From assembly GCF_006345805.1 (NCBI RefSeq), contig NC_042999.1, positions 37,944,001-38,008,000 on the forward strand: a stretch of 64,000 nucleotides of DNA. The letters are read 5' to 3'. This stretch comes from Octopus sinensis. Taxonomy: Eukaryota. Positions 1 through 13,668 of the stretch are shown one piece after another (position 1 is the first letter of the stretch; every line of letters starts with the position of its first letter). The notes below the pieces were generated by a model that saw only the letters and a list, made by a program, of their open reading frames with translations, ran no database searches and was not told the origin of the DNA. Made by a program: the position numbers and the translations under genes.

Positions 1-476
1 ACCTAGCAGTATACTTGGAAGTAAATATTCTAATAATTATAGATGACAGTGTAAAGTTAAATAGCTGAAACTAGATCTCAAAACCGAGTCGCGAATTCCG
101 CTTTTCTGTTGCCTTTATCAACTTTCAGACCAATATATGTGACATAGAACAAATTACTATAAAATGTTCAACGTATGAAGCTTCATGTGTAAAATAAATT
201 GAATTACCTTCAGCTAGAAATCAAAGCTAGGTTTTACAGCAGCGTTTCCGATAATTTTTCTCTGTTGCACATACCCCACAATATCGGTAATACAATTATA
301 CAACGGAAAAGTCACTGATATTAACTTATTCTCTTCGCAGAGAAATTGGCAACAATAAAGGTTTTATTTAGTTTGACAAAATATAAAAGATAATGATATG
401 GTAGGTGCCAGAAGTCTTCAACAGATAAATTGCTATCACCAACCTGCTTTTAGTTTGGTTTTAAGGTAACATAACA

Positions 477-667
477 GGTGCAGGCATGCAAGGTTTTTAA
501 CCTCATAAATTGAGGTTAACAAGCTTGTTTTGCAACAACGTGGTTTCAGGTTCAGTCCTGTTGTGTGGCAGCTTTAGCATGTGTTTTTTTTATAGCCTAG
601 GACGGGCCAATGATTTGTGAATTGATTTGAAGAACGGAGATTGTGCGGAAGCCCGTCATATATATAT

Positions 668-701
<34 letters not shown>

Positions 702-720
702 TTTTGCCTCTTCGTGTTTA
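477..720 (+). mobile_element. Degenerate tRNA-derived SINE, family A
   Basis: ggtttcaggttcagtcc...tatagcc...ggaagcccgtc followed by (TG)n; diverged match to the better copies at 26358 and 56140. Confidence 0.55.
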
Positions 721-1170
721 TGTTTGTCTTTTACTGCTTGAAATCCGATGTTCGGTTGTGAAAATCCCCGTATATTAGCAGTCAGGCAAACCCCCCCCCC
801 CAAAAAAAAACCGATAGAATAATAACAAAATTTAAATAAGTAATGTGTGTTTGTATATCCATGGGGGTCGATTCTTTTTGGCGGGGATTCCAGCGTGGTT
901 GCCGTCCAACAATCAAAACAAGTGAAAGAGCAAAATTGCTTAGCAACGCCATTCTGCATTAAGCAGAATAGTTGTGTGAATGATCACATAATATTGTGAA
1001 CCAAAACTTTTCAATCTGAAAACAAAATTCAGCGGGAATTATACCAATTAAAACTTCTAAGTTATTGCCTTGATCAAATTCGATTAGATTTAGTCGTGCA
1101 TATTTTTTTCTTTCTCTATTCGACTTAAGTTTTTGATGTCATATTAAATCTATATATGGTTTTCTTATAT

Positions 1171-1376
1171 TCTTTTACTTGCTTCAGTCATTTGACTGCG
1201 GCCATGCTAGAGCACCTCCTTTAGTCGATCAAATCGCCCCCAGGGCTTATTCTTTGTAAGTTTAGTACTTATTTTATCGACTCTTTTGCCGATCCGCTCA
1301 GTTATGGGGGCGTAAACGCACCAACATCGGTTGTCAAGCGATGGTGGGGACAAACACTGACACACAAATACATACA

Positions 1377-1446
<70 letters not shown>

Positions 1447-1567
1447 GACACGCTTCTTTCAGTTTCCGTCAACCAATTACACTCACAACGCTTTCGTCAG
1501 CCCGAGGCTCTAGGTACTACGCAGTGGGACTGAACTCCGAACCATGTGGTTAGGAAGCAAGTTTCTT
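1171..1567 (-). mobile_element. tRNA-derived SINE, family A, internally deleted
   Basis: cagtcatttgactgcggccatgc...ttctttcagtttccgtc...gcagtgggactgaac with a central (CA)n(TA)n tract; same as copies at 26358, 29578 and 56140. Confidence 0.9.
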
Positions 1568-2561
1568 TATTCCTTACTTTTAAATTGCCATAAAGGCATT
1601 ACATAGAGGGGGACACTACAACACATGTGGGACATATGACAATTAAAATAAAAATATGATGCTAAGAATGACACATGAAAATGAACATGAAAAACATTAA
1701 AATCAAAATAATGATACACATGAAGGATAACTGAGAAATGTGAAATGAGAACAAAACACTTCATCTCACTTTGCCCTGCAATCACTTCGATACCTGACGC
1801 GTGGTACACCATGCACCTGTTCAGGTGTTGTCGGTTTGATCATCTGTGTAATTTGTTCTGCAAGAAATTGCAGAACTGTTTTTCTCGGTCTACGAGAGAC
1901 TACCATCAACATAGATATGTGTGTGCATGTGTATGTACGCGTTTAATTTTTACGAAGAAAAGCTTTACATTGCCTTTGTGACTGAAATTTTCTTAGTTGC
2001 TTTCGTCAGACAGTCTGAAGTAGATAACCGTGCCGAAACTTTGAATTTCCAGTCAGTTTTTTTCCTTCAAAAATTGAAATAAGAGTGAAGCAAATCAGAT
2101 GTTATTTTCATTGTGATTGGGAAGCAGTTCATGTTACACTGAATTTTCTTATTTGTTTATGTATACACCAGCTCTTTACATTTTGAGTTCAAATTCTACC
2201 GGTGTCGTTTTTGTCTATCTTTCGGGGTCGATAACATAAGACTCATTGTAGCTCTAGGGTCGATGTATTCGGCTAAGCTTTCCTAAAATTACTGGCTTTA
2301 TGCAAAAATTTGAAACCGTTATAGGTTTTTGTGTTAAAATTATTATTATGATTAAAAGTTTACCAACACATTGATACACATTGCTTCTTTTGATAAAAAT
2401 GTTATGTTCAGCGTTCAGTATTCGTTGGTTGCAATAATATTTTAAGGTCTCTATGCATCAAACTAGTGCGCAGGCAGAATTTAGATGAGGCTGCTAATAT
2501 AACTACGTTTAAGTATTACTGTAACAAATTTCTGAAATGGAAATCAGTATTTATATTCATA

Positions 2562-2777
2562 GAAGGCGGGGTACAGGCAAAATCGTTAGTACACTGGGAA
2601 AAATACTTACCATCATTTCGTCCTTCTTAACTTTCTGAGTTCAAAATCTTTCGAGGTCGACTTCACATTTCATCTTTACAGGGTTGATAACACAAGTACC
2701 AGTTGAACACTGGAGTCGATGTAATCGACTAAACCTCTCCCCCGCAAATTGCCGGCCTTGTGCCAACAATTGAAAGC
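2562..2777 (+). mobile_element. tRNA-derived SINE, family B, with TSD
   Basis: ctgagttcaaa...gaggtcgact...gtcgatgtaatcgact; flanked by a 19-bp direct repeat aatggaaatca(g/a)tatttat at 2536-2554 and 2778-2796. Confidence 0.85.
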
Positions 2778-3799
2778 AATGGAAATCAATATTTATTAAA
2801 TTATTAATTCATTTATTCACTGGTCCGACAACCTTCAACGATAAGATTTTTCACCAATGTAATAAAAGGTAGGTATTTGGAACTGACACATTCAACTGAT
2901 ATTTTGAAAACGTCCTTGTTTCACCTATGAAAGCATGTTGTGCATTATATCTTCAATGAAAGAATTCCTCTGTCAGAGCACATTAGAGCATGTAATGAAG
3001 AATATAGTAAATACTTCGCCTGTTTTGGAATACGGAATAAATAATAAGAGTATTGATATATCAAATTGTCATATTAGATTTCATCATCTGAAACTCAGTA
3101 AAGAAGCTAATATTTAGCTTGGGAATTTTACAAACATTTTTATGGGAGTGAAATGTGAACCTTTATAGGGAAGATTACAAATATTGTTACAAAACCAATA
3201 GCAGGCCTCCTAGTATTACATTTAGCTAAAACCTAAAGATAATAATAACGTTTATGACACTTTCTTAGCATGTAGGTAAACAATAATAGCGTAATCTTAT
3301 ACATCATTTTTATTTAAAAGCATCAAATATTGTTTACTTTCTTCGATGTCATTGTATATTAGGCCGCCTGTAGTAAAACCGGTTTAGCGCAATCTATAAA
3401 TTTGTGCTGTGTATTTTAGGAATGTATAAAAATATATGCGTTCATGTGCTTTTAAATACAACTACTAGACGAACGTACACACATTCGAATTCGAAATAGA
3501 AAACATGTATTAAATCGAACATTTCTACACGTACATAAAGGTTATGTTTTTAGTTAAGATGTTGCATTAAGGCCAGAAATACACGAACAAAAATATTTCA
3601 CGGTAAACATAAAGATTAAAATGTATTTCTTATAAAACTTCCGAACAGGAATCTCGCAGTTTTACATTGGTCATTCAGAAAAATATGTTTACACTTGGAA
3701 ATGTCACACACTCGCTTCTTCATAATTTTCATGCTTTTTATTTTGTAGCTGATTTCATTTAAGTGTTTGTATGTATGGATAAATACTTACACACAAAGC

Positions 3800-3830
<31 letters not shown>

Positions 3831-3944
3831 ATGTGTGTGCGTGCGTGTGTGTGCGTGTTTGTATGTGTATGCGTGCGTGTATATATATATCTGTGTGTGA
3901 GTATATGTGTCGATACCTATGCATGCATATGTATATATGTTTAT

Positions 3945-3961
3945 ATCTATATAGCTATCTG

Positions 3962-4034
<73 letters not shown>

Positions 4035-4056
4035 GTCTCTCTCTCTCTCTCTCTCT
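3945..4056. repeat. (TCTA)n then (TC)n microsatellite
   Basis: Directly visible. Confidence 0.97.
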
Positions 4057-5537
4057 GACTTAAACTAATAGGTATGCGCTCTGAGTGTTCAAATTGCTAT
4101 GCCACCAAAATTCCAGTTTGAACTGTAACTGAAGATTTGATTTTGTTACTGTCTTTCTAAAGCGACTAGAAGTGGCGTCCCCTTCAGCTGGTAGGTATAG
4201 ACTAAAGCAAAAAAGGAAAGGCAACCAGTTTGCTAAGACTTGACAAGGACATATACTGAATATTTCTCCAACTTTGGAATCTCTTGCATCCATTTTCTCT
4301 CGCTATGGATTACTATTAAACCATTCTCTCTGTTCGTGTATTTATATAATGAATGCCAGCTTTAACTGGATTTCCCATCCCTTTCTAGACTTACGATTAA
4401 CCTACTCCGATGACGAACTACTCAGCTTATGGAATCCTCGCTCGACGCGATGTTCCAATAGCTGGGATATTCTAGAAACAGGTGTTTGAGACTATCTAAA
4501 CCTTTTATTATATAGGTGAACCAAACGTCCTTGGCAAGCGTTGCCAAACTGTTTGCTTTTCCTTGAGTCTCTGTCTGTCTCTCTGTTTTTGCTTACGATC
4601 AGGCTCTCGCACCATGCTGCATGCACTTATTTTTCATTTTCAATTAATTTTCGGAGAAATCTCACTCGCGAAGGCTTGGCCTATAATGTTCATCAAGCAA
4701 ATGGTAGTTTTCTCTTCAATTAATCAATCAAAAGAGACTGGCACATGATATTAGCCATAACCGCCGGTGACAATAAGAAGATGAAAAAGAAGAGTGTATC
4801 CCACTTTTAACAAAAAACAGTAATGAGTAGAGGGCACCAACATAGGATCACCGCTAATAACGGTATTCCCTTATTAATTTGAGAGCATGTAGCCAACATA
4901 ACGGCCAAGGATTCCGCAAACTTTTGGGTTAAAGCGACAAAATCCCACTGCTCAAAGATTCCCCAATTTAAAAAGTCATTTCTTAACTGTGAACAAAAAG
5001 ACCTTCGCCATGAGTAGAGATCTATCTCCTATCAAAGAAGAACAACTTTCAGCAATAAAATTCCGTTCCGAAGAGGAGAAATCTATCTCTTGCAAAGTAA
5101 GTTTCGATTCTCGTTAGGAAGAATCCATCCAAGTCTGTATCACGATGAAAATAAATAGGGAAGATCAGCTGCTTCCCTGGTTAGCGTATTTACAGATCAA
5201 CCAGCCTCAAAATGTAGGTTATTCATTACGTAACTTGCTCAGGTAACTTCTAACAGAAGTTTTAGTGAATACTACAAATATCTGAAATCGTGTTCTAGAG
5301 CGGATGCGTATTCTCAGGGTATAGATGGATTCTTAATAAGCGCTCACACACATATATTCTGTTCAATTATTTCTATTTTCCCTTTCATATATTATTCTAA
5401 ATCGATCATATAATTTATGAGGCCTTTGATCTTTTCCCTTCTTTGAATGTAAATTGTGTTTCACCAACACGCTTGAACGTCTCCTGCTGTCGTATGTATG
5501 GGTTATATATGAAAATGCACTTAATACATTATTATCA

Positions 5538-5671
<134 letters not shown>

Positions 5672-5681
5672 GACCCTTAAG

Positions 5682-5890
5682 TGGGGATCTGGCAGAATCG
5701 TTAGCACGACGGGCGAAATGCCTAGCAGTGTTTGCCTGCCGCTATCTTCTGAGTTCAAGTTTCGTGGGTTGATTTTGCCTGTCATCTTTTCATGGTCGAT
5801 AAGATAAGTACCAGTAAAACACTAGGGTCGATGTAATCGGCTCATTCCCTCCCAAAAATAGCAGTCCTTACCGCAAAATTTGAAACCATA
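5682..5890 (+). mobile_element. SINE family B inserted at the head of another family B copy
   Basis: ggcagaatcgttagcacg head; 19-bp TSD attattattgacccttaag at 5663-5681 and 5891-5909. Confidence 0.85.
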
Positions 5891-5908
5891 ATTATTATTG
5901 ACCCTTAA

Positions 5909-6430
5909 GCGGTGAGGTGGCAGAATCGTTAGCACGCTAGGTGAAATGCTTAGCGGTATTTCGTCTGCTGTTACGTTCTGAGTTCAAATTCCGCCGAGGT
6001 CGACTTTGCCTTTCATCCTTTTGGGGTCGATAAATTAAGTACCAGTTACGCACTGGGGTCGATGTAATCGACTTAATACCTATGTCTGTCCTTGTTTGTC
6101 CCCTCTGTGTTTAGCCCCTTGTGGGTAATAAAGAAATAGGTATTTCGTCTGCTGTTACGTTCTGAGTTCAAATTCCGCCGAGGTCGACTTTGCCTTTCAT
6201 CCTTTCGGGGTCTATTAAATAAGTACCAGTTACGCACTGGGGTCGATAAAATCGACTTAATCCGTTTGTATGTCCTTGTTTGTCCTCTCTGTGTTTAGCC
6301 CCTTGTGGTTAGTAAAGAAATAGGTATTTCGTCTGCCGCCGCTACGTTCTGAGTTCAAATCCCACCGAGTTCGAGTTTGCCTTTCATCCTTTCGGGTCGA
6401 TAAATTAAGTACTGAAGTTGATGTAACCGA
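5909..6430 (+). mobile_element. SINE family B with internal 184-bp tandem multimer (~2.6 bodies behind one head)
   Basis: ggtatttcgtctg recurs at 5955, 6139 and 6323. Confidence 0.9.
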
Positions 6431-7017
6431 CTAGTCTTCTACACCTACTTAAAGGCTTTTTGCCTCCAGTAGAAAGGAGTATTACAATTGACCCTCACGA
6501 AAAAATACACTCGGTCGTGACCCAGGAAAGTCTTTAAAATTTTCACCTTTTTCATCTGCCTTTGGTTGAAAAAAATTTGTCTCTAATATCTATATTTCTT
6601 TTAATAAATGAGGAGCCATTGTTAAGTCCTCCCTATATGGGGAAAAGTCTGAAGAGAGAAGACATTGGTGGCTGAGAGTCACTTTAAAAGGCAATAAAGA
6701 CGTAAGAGGTGCGTCTTACTCAGAAAAACTTCAAAAGATGAGCGGATGGACGAGAATTGTTAGGAAGGTGATTTTGCATACAGAACCGAAGAAGGTAAAA
6801 ATATCCGACGTTCCTATGCTCCCAAACGTGACAGAGCTGTCGGTAGTGGTGGAGGGTAGAAAAACATGTGCGCAGTATCACCACACACCAAACAACAGCT
6901 TTCTACCTTTTTCATTCCACAGCCAAGAATATCAAAAAGAGGAAAAACCAATATCAATATAAACCACCCCCACCAAAGCCTTATGAAATAGCGAAGCAGA
7001 ATAAACATAATTGACAC

Positions 7018-7054
7018 GAAGAAGAAGAAGAAGAAGAAGAAGAAGAAGAAGAAG

Positions 7055-7083
<29 letters not shown>
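7018..7083. repeat. (GAA)n microsatellite
   Basis: Directly visible. Confidence 0.98.
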
Positions 7084-7086
<3 letters not shown>

Positions 7087-7749
7087 GTCTTGTAGTCTAA
7101 ACTACAACCAAAGAAGCAGCAGCAACAACAATATGTTGAAAGTCGGAAGAGAGGTGCCGAACTCAATTGAATTTATTGCCAGGTGGGCGAAAAAGGCAAA
7201 AATAGAAAAAGTGTATGGGTTTGATCTAAGTATGAAGCTGTAAATCTGAAAACGATGGTAGTAGAAAGTGCAGATGTTGGATCTGTGGATTTCCTTATAT
7301 GGTTCTATATGGAGGTACTCCAGTGCTAGGCGCAGTGCAACATCATCTTTCGTTATTTTTATACCATCAACACTTCTATTTCCTGTCTTTTTTTCCTCAA
7401 TAGGATTTGCTAAATCCCTATACTTTACCTATCACCTGTATCCTGTTGGCAAATAGAGGAAACCATTTTCATGAAAATCCATCTATCCCCTCCTCCTCAT
7501 CATCGGACATTAAGAGAATCTTGAGAGAGCACATAAAAAGCTTTACAGTAATTTTTCCGTTTCTTTACGCTCTGTTTCCAATTCCCACCGAAGTAAAATT
7601 TGCCTTTCAGCTCTACGAAGTTGATAAAATAAAGTAACATTCAAGTACTGAGATGAAAATAAGCTACTGGGAAGTGCGTTAGTACACTGCCTTCTTTATA
7701 AGAGTTGGTTTCACACACAAGTAATCCTCAGTAGTCATATTCATGACAA

Positions 7750-8300
7750 CTTTCATCTCATGAGATACATCTTGAGAAGCAAACCTGATTCCAGCGGGGG
7801 TTCTGATCAAATGGGAACAACTGAAAGCTTTTGGTAAAATCGACCATCGTTACTTGGCAGCTGTCCTCAAGTAAGTGGTTTCAGTTCACTTACAGAACGG
7901 CAGCTACACAGTGGTCCCTATAAATGGCCACATATCGGAACCTTTTCGAGACGCGCGCATGGAACGGTATGCATATACAGATTCTCTTGACTGCTGCAGG
8001 ATCTGGAGTTGTTGATCAGCATTCTGTTCGAACTTGGTTGTAGAAGTCCAGTGTCCAGATATGCGGACGATATCGCAGTTAATTGAATAGGAGACCTAAC
8101 AGACTTTTTTGACAGGAATGTAAAGAGTGACTGGAGTAAATTTGAATCCCATCATATCGATGGTCTTGCAACTCCTTGTAAGGCAAGTCGGTCCATGTCA
8201 TCGGATTGTGTGACGGGAACGCTAGAGAAACGTGAAATCTGTTTTGGTATTAATCTCCAGGATCCGAGGCAAGATTGCGATAAAAATGAATAATCCTATA
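7750..8300 (-). pseudogene. Decayed LINE reverse transcriptase (I/Jockey-like)
   Basis: Frameshifted minus-strand motifs in correct RT order: ASDPGD (cf. SPGPD), YIPVKK, YRP, FERML.NN-like, GFR...DH, VDFTK(A)F. May extend to ~9300. Confidence 0.6.
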
Positions 8301-9879
8301 TACAAAAAATATTAGGTGAAGATATCCTTGAAACGTCGGGCTGAGAATATTGAATATTTCTATCAACTCCAGTAAGTATTGCTGCCTGACCATCGTGCTT
8401 TGCTCTAGGTTTCGCCTGACTACATTCGCTTCTTCTAAAAGTAACACCCTCGGAAAGGACGGTTCAGCAGGCTGTGGCTATTGATGCGCAGACATGCTCT
8501 GAAACTGTAACGCCAACAAAGATTCCTTGACAGTACAGAGGCCTGGTTGTCTCATTCAAGAACATGTTCCCACAACTTATTACCTTGTAAGAGCTGAAGT
8601 CCTGGTCAAGCAAAAAGCAAATACTGAGCGTTTTTCATCCGGAATGTTGTCTGACGTTAACAGCCCATAACCTATTGGGCATTATGGTTGGTGTACCTTC
8701 TATATTGGCATTCTATCTATAGAGAACTGGTCTTTGGGAAAAGAGCGACATTTCCAACGACGTTCGCCGTAAATCAACTGGATGGTCTATTCTGAAGAAG
8801 TATCGGTCCAGAATCTATGAATTATTCCTATAAATCCCAGTGATACCGGAAGTATTGCCACTTCATGGGTAACTCTACAGGCATAGAAGTGCCGACAGCC
8901 GGGTCGGTCTGCAATGAGCGCAGATTGAAGAAACCTTTCTACGCACATTCATTCTATGTCCGAATATTTGTTCTCTTAAGTAGGTACCCGGCTATTGGTC
9001 AAGTTCTTTATGAAGATCGTTCCACGACTTTCTTCATCCGGAAAGGTCAGGCAGTTTTTCTCTCTCTAGCATTTATGGCAAAATATGTTGTGTGATGGCC
9101 TGAAAGCAGACCCTTTTCTCTTTGGTGAAGCACTTATTCTTCAAGATAAAAGAATGAAAATTTATGCAGTTTTCCATAATATGGTCTCTAATCTAGATCC
9201 TTTCAATCACTTGAACAGATGATTTAGAGTCCTTCCTACACTCAATCTCATCCAGGTCTCCGGTCAAAGATTAGCCTATGAGTTGTTCTGCAGTATTTTG
9301 CTTAACGTTTTTCAGCCTTGAAGGTCTTGAGAAAAGGTAATAGGCACTTTCCTACACATTTAGACTAAGTTGTACACAAAACTATATTTCTCTGGCATGT
9401 TATGGTTGATCTACTTCATTTAGTATCGGTACTGATGTATATACATCTAATATTTCCAGTATCTGTAACTGTTATATGCTGTTAACTACTTATGGATAAT
9501 GAAGCAATGTTATGATGTGGTTTGTTTCTCTGCTTTCTTGATATCTTAAGGCTGATGTTTACAAACATATATCTTCACGATAACACTTCTCTTCCTCTAG
9601 TAAAATGTTGTATCTTTTCATTTGAACAACCAGCCTGTAATAAATCATAGATCTGCATGTTGTTAGTTATATACTGCATTCTTTTAAGTATAACATGCAT
9701 ATAGGTATAAAGTCCGTCAAAGAATGAGAAAGCCTTTCACAGACGAACTTGCAAGAATTGGATAAGTTCCATCAGGTTATCTGCATCTGACCTTTGAACT
9801 ACATTATAATGACGCAGCATAATGCAGATAGTATACCGTATCTGTCTGGGCCGGTATGAATTGAATTGCATCATCCACT

Positions 9880-12600
9880 GTGGAAAATACCTTTACTTTT
9901 GGAACTTGGAAATTATGTATCATTTGTCAGTGTGAAAAAGTGCAGCAACTAACTTATGAGATGGAGAGATATTCTTGGAATATTGTAAGGATTGTTAAGA
10001 CCAGTTGGGCAAAATGTGGAGAATTTATGACAGAAGATAAATATAAAATATAGTTTAACGGCCTGGGAAGCAAACATAAAATCTGTGGGTTTCATGCTGC
10101 ATAAAAAATAAATGCCTCAAAGTTAGTACGGGATTTCCAGCAGAATGTGCACAAATACGACAGACGGTAAAACATACAGTATTTTAATGATCAAAATTTA
10201 TGTTCCTACAAGCGATTACGATGATGAAGAATTCTATCAAGATAGAGAAAAAAAATATAATTGGTAAAAATAGTATGTTTCAAGTTAACTGGGATGCAAA
10301 ATTTGGATTAGATGTTCAAGATACTTGGAAAAGAACCCGTTTGTAGCTATAACTTGGAAAATAATAGTATGGAAGTGAGATGATTAGAAAATGCAGAAGA
10401 ACACAAACTAATTATAGGAAATATATATCAGCACAACTGTCATGAACACTAACATAGCTTCCTCAGAGCGTTATATAATAATCATATTGACATTATTCGC
10501 ATCAGAAGAGATCTGTCTATTATAAATGAAATAGAAAAACGTTTTTTCTTTTGTAATCGTAAATACAGGCAGTGATCACAAAGCTTTAGTTATGTCTTAA
10601 ATCAACCAAAAAGAACAATCCTGTATGGATAAAATATTACTTCGGAAACTTTAACGGACTGAGCGTAGTTGTAGATAGAGAAACATTCGCACCTTTGATA
10701 TACATAATTTGATGCAAATATCCAAAGAATTATCAGTTTCATTTGATGACCTGATACATCAACAATCGTTATGATTCTTGATTGAAGGAATAGAATTAAG
10801 AATCCTTGGATAAATGGTTTTTAATCAAATGTAATGACAGAAGAGGTTTGGAAGGGGCGGAATATAGAAACGAGGTAACAGAAATGGAATATATATAATA
10901 TATATATTAGTCAAAAGGAAAATAGTAGCAAAAGGTATATAACACAGTATAAGATACAATGTGTTCCGAAAAATGTAGCGAAATCAAAGCTCGCCATAGG
11001 GAAAGAGTCTCAAAATAAATATTCTAAATGGTTAAAGATCTCACGAGAAACTGTATATCTAAGTGACAAATTATTTCAGCTAGCCATTGTAAAACATTAA
11101 CCAAAGAAAATGACGTTTCTCATAGGCGGAGAGAATATTATCATGTACTTTATTGTGACGAAGCAGGAGTAGATAGAACGTTTTAAAGCAATCCAGAAGG
11201 AAATTTACCTTTAATAGCAGCAACATCTAGGAATCACTTCAAAAATTATTTAGGCAAATAAAGGAATAAAATGGTATAAATTACTTGCAAGACACGTGAA
11301 TGAAGAAGAGATAACATTAAAGCAAATAATGAATATATCTCCGAGAGTGCTTGCCAGAAGTTCATGGTCCAATGAATAAATTGACAGAATTCTTCGTTAT
11401 ATCACTGCCAACGAAGTGAAGGACCAAAACGCAGGTGTTGAAATAACTGTACACTTGATTTAATTTACAATCCAGGAAATAGTTTGTTAATGTAATTTGC
11501 TTACTTAAATGTTACAAATAATACAAATGATAGAAAAACACAGGCTGTTTTCTAAGAACGGAAAAACATCGCCGAGAGAATTTGTAACAAAATATTCTAA
11601 CAGAAGAATAGAACAAACAATTAGACTTCTCCAAGAAGTGCATAGACTTTTGACCATGTGCAGTATGTGATACTATAATTTGTTGTGAGACCATATACCA
11701 CCATTCTACTTATAACAAATGATATTAAATCTTTACATGCAAAAAGGAAACAGTTTCGTGCGAAGCTAGAGTATGTTCTTTCGCCAAGCCTTTTCAATAT
11801 ATCAATATAATGGACACGGACGGAAGTCAGATCGTCTTTGAAAGGAAATATTAAAATGAGCAGAAAAGTCAGTAATCTCCGTTTTGTCAAGGATAATGAT
11901 TTAATAAGACACAACGAGAAAGAATCTGTAGATCTTACAATAGACATCATACATCTGCATAATATGAAACGACAGTAATTATTCATAAATGCAGAAAAAC
12001 GGTAAATAGTAAGAAGAAAAAGACAATCAATCCAATTGAGAAATCTGCTTAAACATGTTGAATTTAAATATTTCAGAAGAATAGTAATAGAAGATGAGAT
12101 CAAGGAAAGAAATATAATGCCGGATTGCAGCTTCTACAGCGATTTTAATAAAATTAAAACCTGTCTGGAAAAGGTGGCAAAACTAAAATACAAGAATTCC
12201 TTGAAGGATAATGGTAATTTTAACTACACTTTACGAGTGTGAATTGCTGATGTTTCCTAATGAAAGTGAGAAAAATATTATGGCGTTCGATATTTTATAC
12301 AAAGATATTTCGCATTCTGAATGCAGAACATCGAACTAACAAGTGTTAAAAGAAAATCGTTGGATAAACTGTAAACTATAAAGCTATATTGTAAATTGTC
12401 AACAGAGGGAAAATTATGTTGTTCGTGCAACAATTATGTTACACTACTAACAGTAGTGTAACAGTTTGATCAAACAAGAACAATCCCTCGGTAAAAAGGA
12501 ATAGGAAAACTATGAATGGTTGGTTCAGCAACATGAAGGAATGAACAGAGAGAAAGATGGTGGAAAACTTGAGGTTTGTTCAAATCTGGATAGCATAGAA
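9880..12600 (+). pseudogene. Near full-length decayed RTE-clade LINE (AP endonuclease + RT)
   Basis: GTW near 9900, DILGI, W(N)AK.G.D, EEHKLIIGNIYQH...NHIDII and GSDHKALV (endonuclease); NLRFV.D (cf. NLRFADD) near 11875, HVEFKYF...DEIKER and GKRNRK..W..NMKE (RT and C-terminus). Many stops and frameshifts. Confidence 0.8.
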
Positions 12601-12639
12601 GAAGGGAGTCTTGTCTTTATAGTAGATCTTGCAGCAGTC

Positions 12640-13300
12640 ATTTTCAATTAGAGGTCACTCTCTATTATGTCATTAATCGAATGATTCTTGATTTCTTGAC
12701 TCCGGTCAACTTTTATTTATTCAAATCGAAACATGTTTTAACTCTTTAATCCAACATCTATTGTCTAATGCAACGTTCTCTGACAATCCATGTTATGCAT
12801 TTTCTACTTAAACTTCTCATATTTATGCACCACCGGTATTCACCTCTACGTAAAAAGGATTTTGGACCGATTCAGGTAGATAGCGTTCTACTTGGGTATA
12901 TAAGTTTCAATATACTTAACCTAATACGTTTCTCTTGTTTTTTAACTGCTAAATGCTCCATGATTGTTATAATGACATGTTTTCTGTCACTATCGTTTCT
13001 TCGTATATACAGTTTATCAACATGGTGCATTATTAGTTACATTCTCATTCTAGCATGTCATATTCTATATATTATGCCAAGAAGGATTGTTGATCTATTT
13101 AAGAATATTTTTACCATTGCGATTAATTTTCAGGAACTTCCTTGACATTTTCTTATTTTCTTCTCTACCTTTACCTCTCACTTCTTTGTGATACGATACT
13201 TCATCTGTCAAAGTACCCTGCACACTTATATCCCGGTAGTTTAGTGTTCTGATACTAGTTCTATTTACTTGGATTATGTTTCTCATTTGAAACGGTACGA
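12640..13300 (-). pseudogene. Decayed CR1-like LINE RT 3' part
   Basis: Weak minus-strand matches to FNVDKC, KKAN..LG, IKEL...Y..RL and RGDL motifs. Confidence 0.45.
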
Positions 13301-13502
13301 ACTAAATTATTATAGCTTTTTCTTCCTCTCATATGAGACTTGATGTATGCTAGGTCATATAACTTATGTCTTAACTTGGAAGCATTGTGGTATTTCTTCC
13401 GATTCTTTATATTCAGAGTTCAAACTGTCACCGATGCCAGTTTTGTCGTTAACCTTCCGAAGTCGATAAAATATATATAAAATAAGCTCAGGACACTCCA
13501 AA

Positions 13503-13668
13503 ACTACGACCGCCACCACTGCCATAGCTGTAACCAACAATTCTGCCACTGCCAATGCTGCCACCGCCAATGTCACCACCGCTAATGCCGCCACTGCTAA
13601 TGTCGCCACCTCCAATACCACCACCGCCACCAATGACGACAAGGCCACCACCTCTGCCACCACTAGTA
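13503..13668. repeat. Degenerate ACC/GCC low-complexity tract with a 15-bp period
   Basis: gctgccaccgccaat / gtcaccaccgctaat / gccgccactgctaat / gtcgccacctccaat; directly follows a decayed SINE B at ~13375-13490. Confidence 0.8.

Noticed and set aside
2010-2045. ctgaagta...tgccgaaac resembling a hammerhead
   Set aside because: Core box and stem II both broken; too degenerate to support.
4060-5340. TE-like coding remnants (plus-strand YIGE and GTNIGSPL; minus-strand HLFLEYP)
   Set aside because: Motif order and strand are inconsistent, so no family can be assigned by eye.
6640-6960. ORF 6738-6962 with VVVEGRK, resembling a LINE ORF1 fragment
   Set aside because: The cysteine knuckle is missing and the similarity is too short to call.
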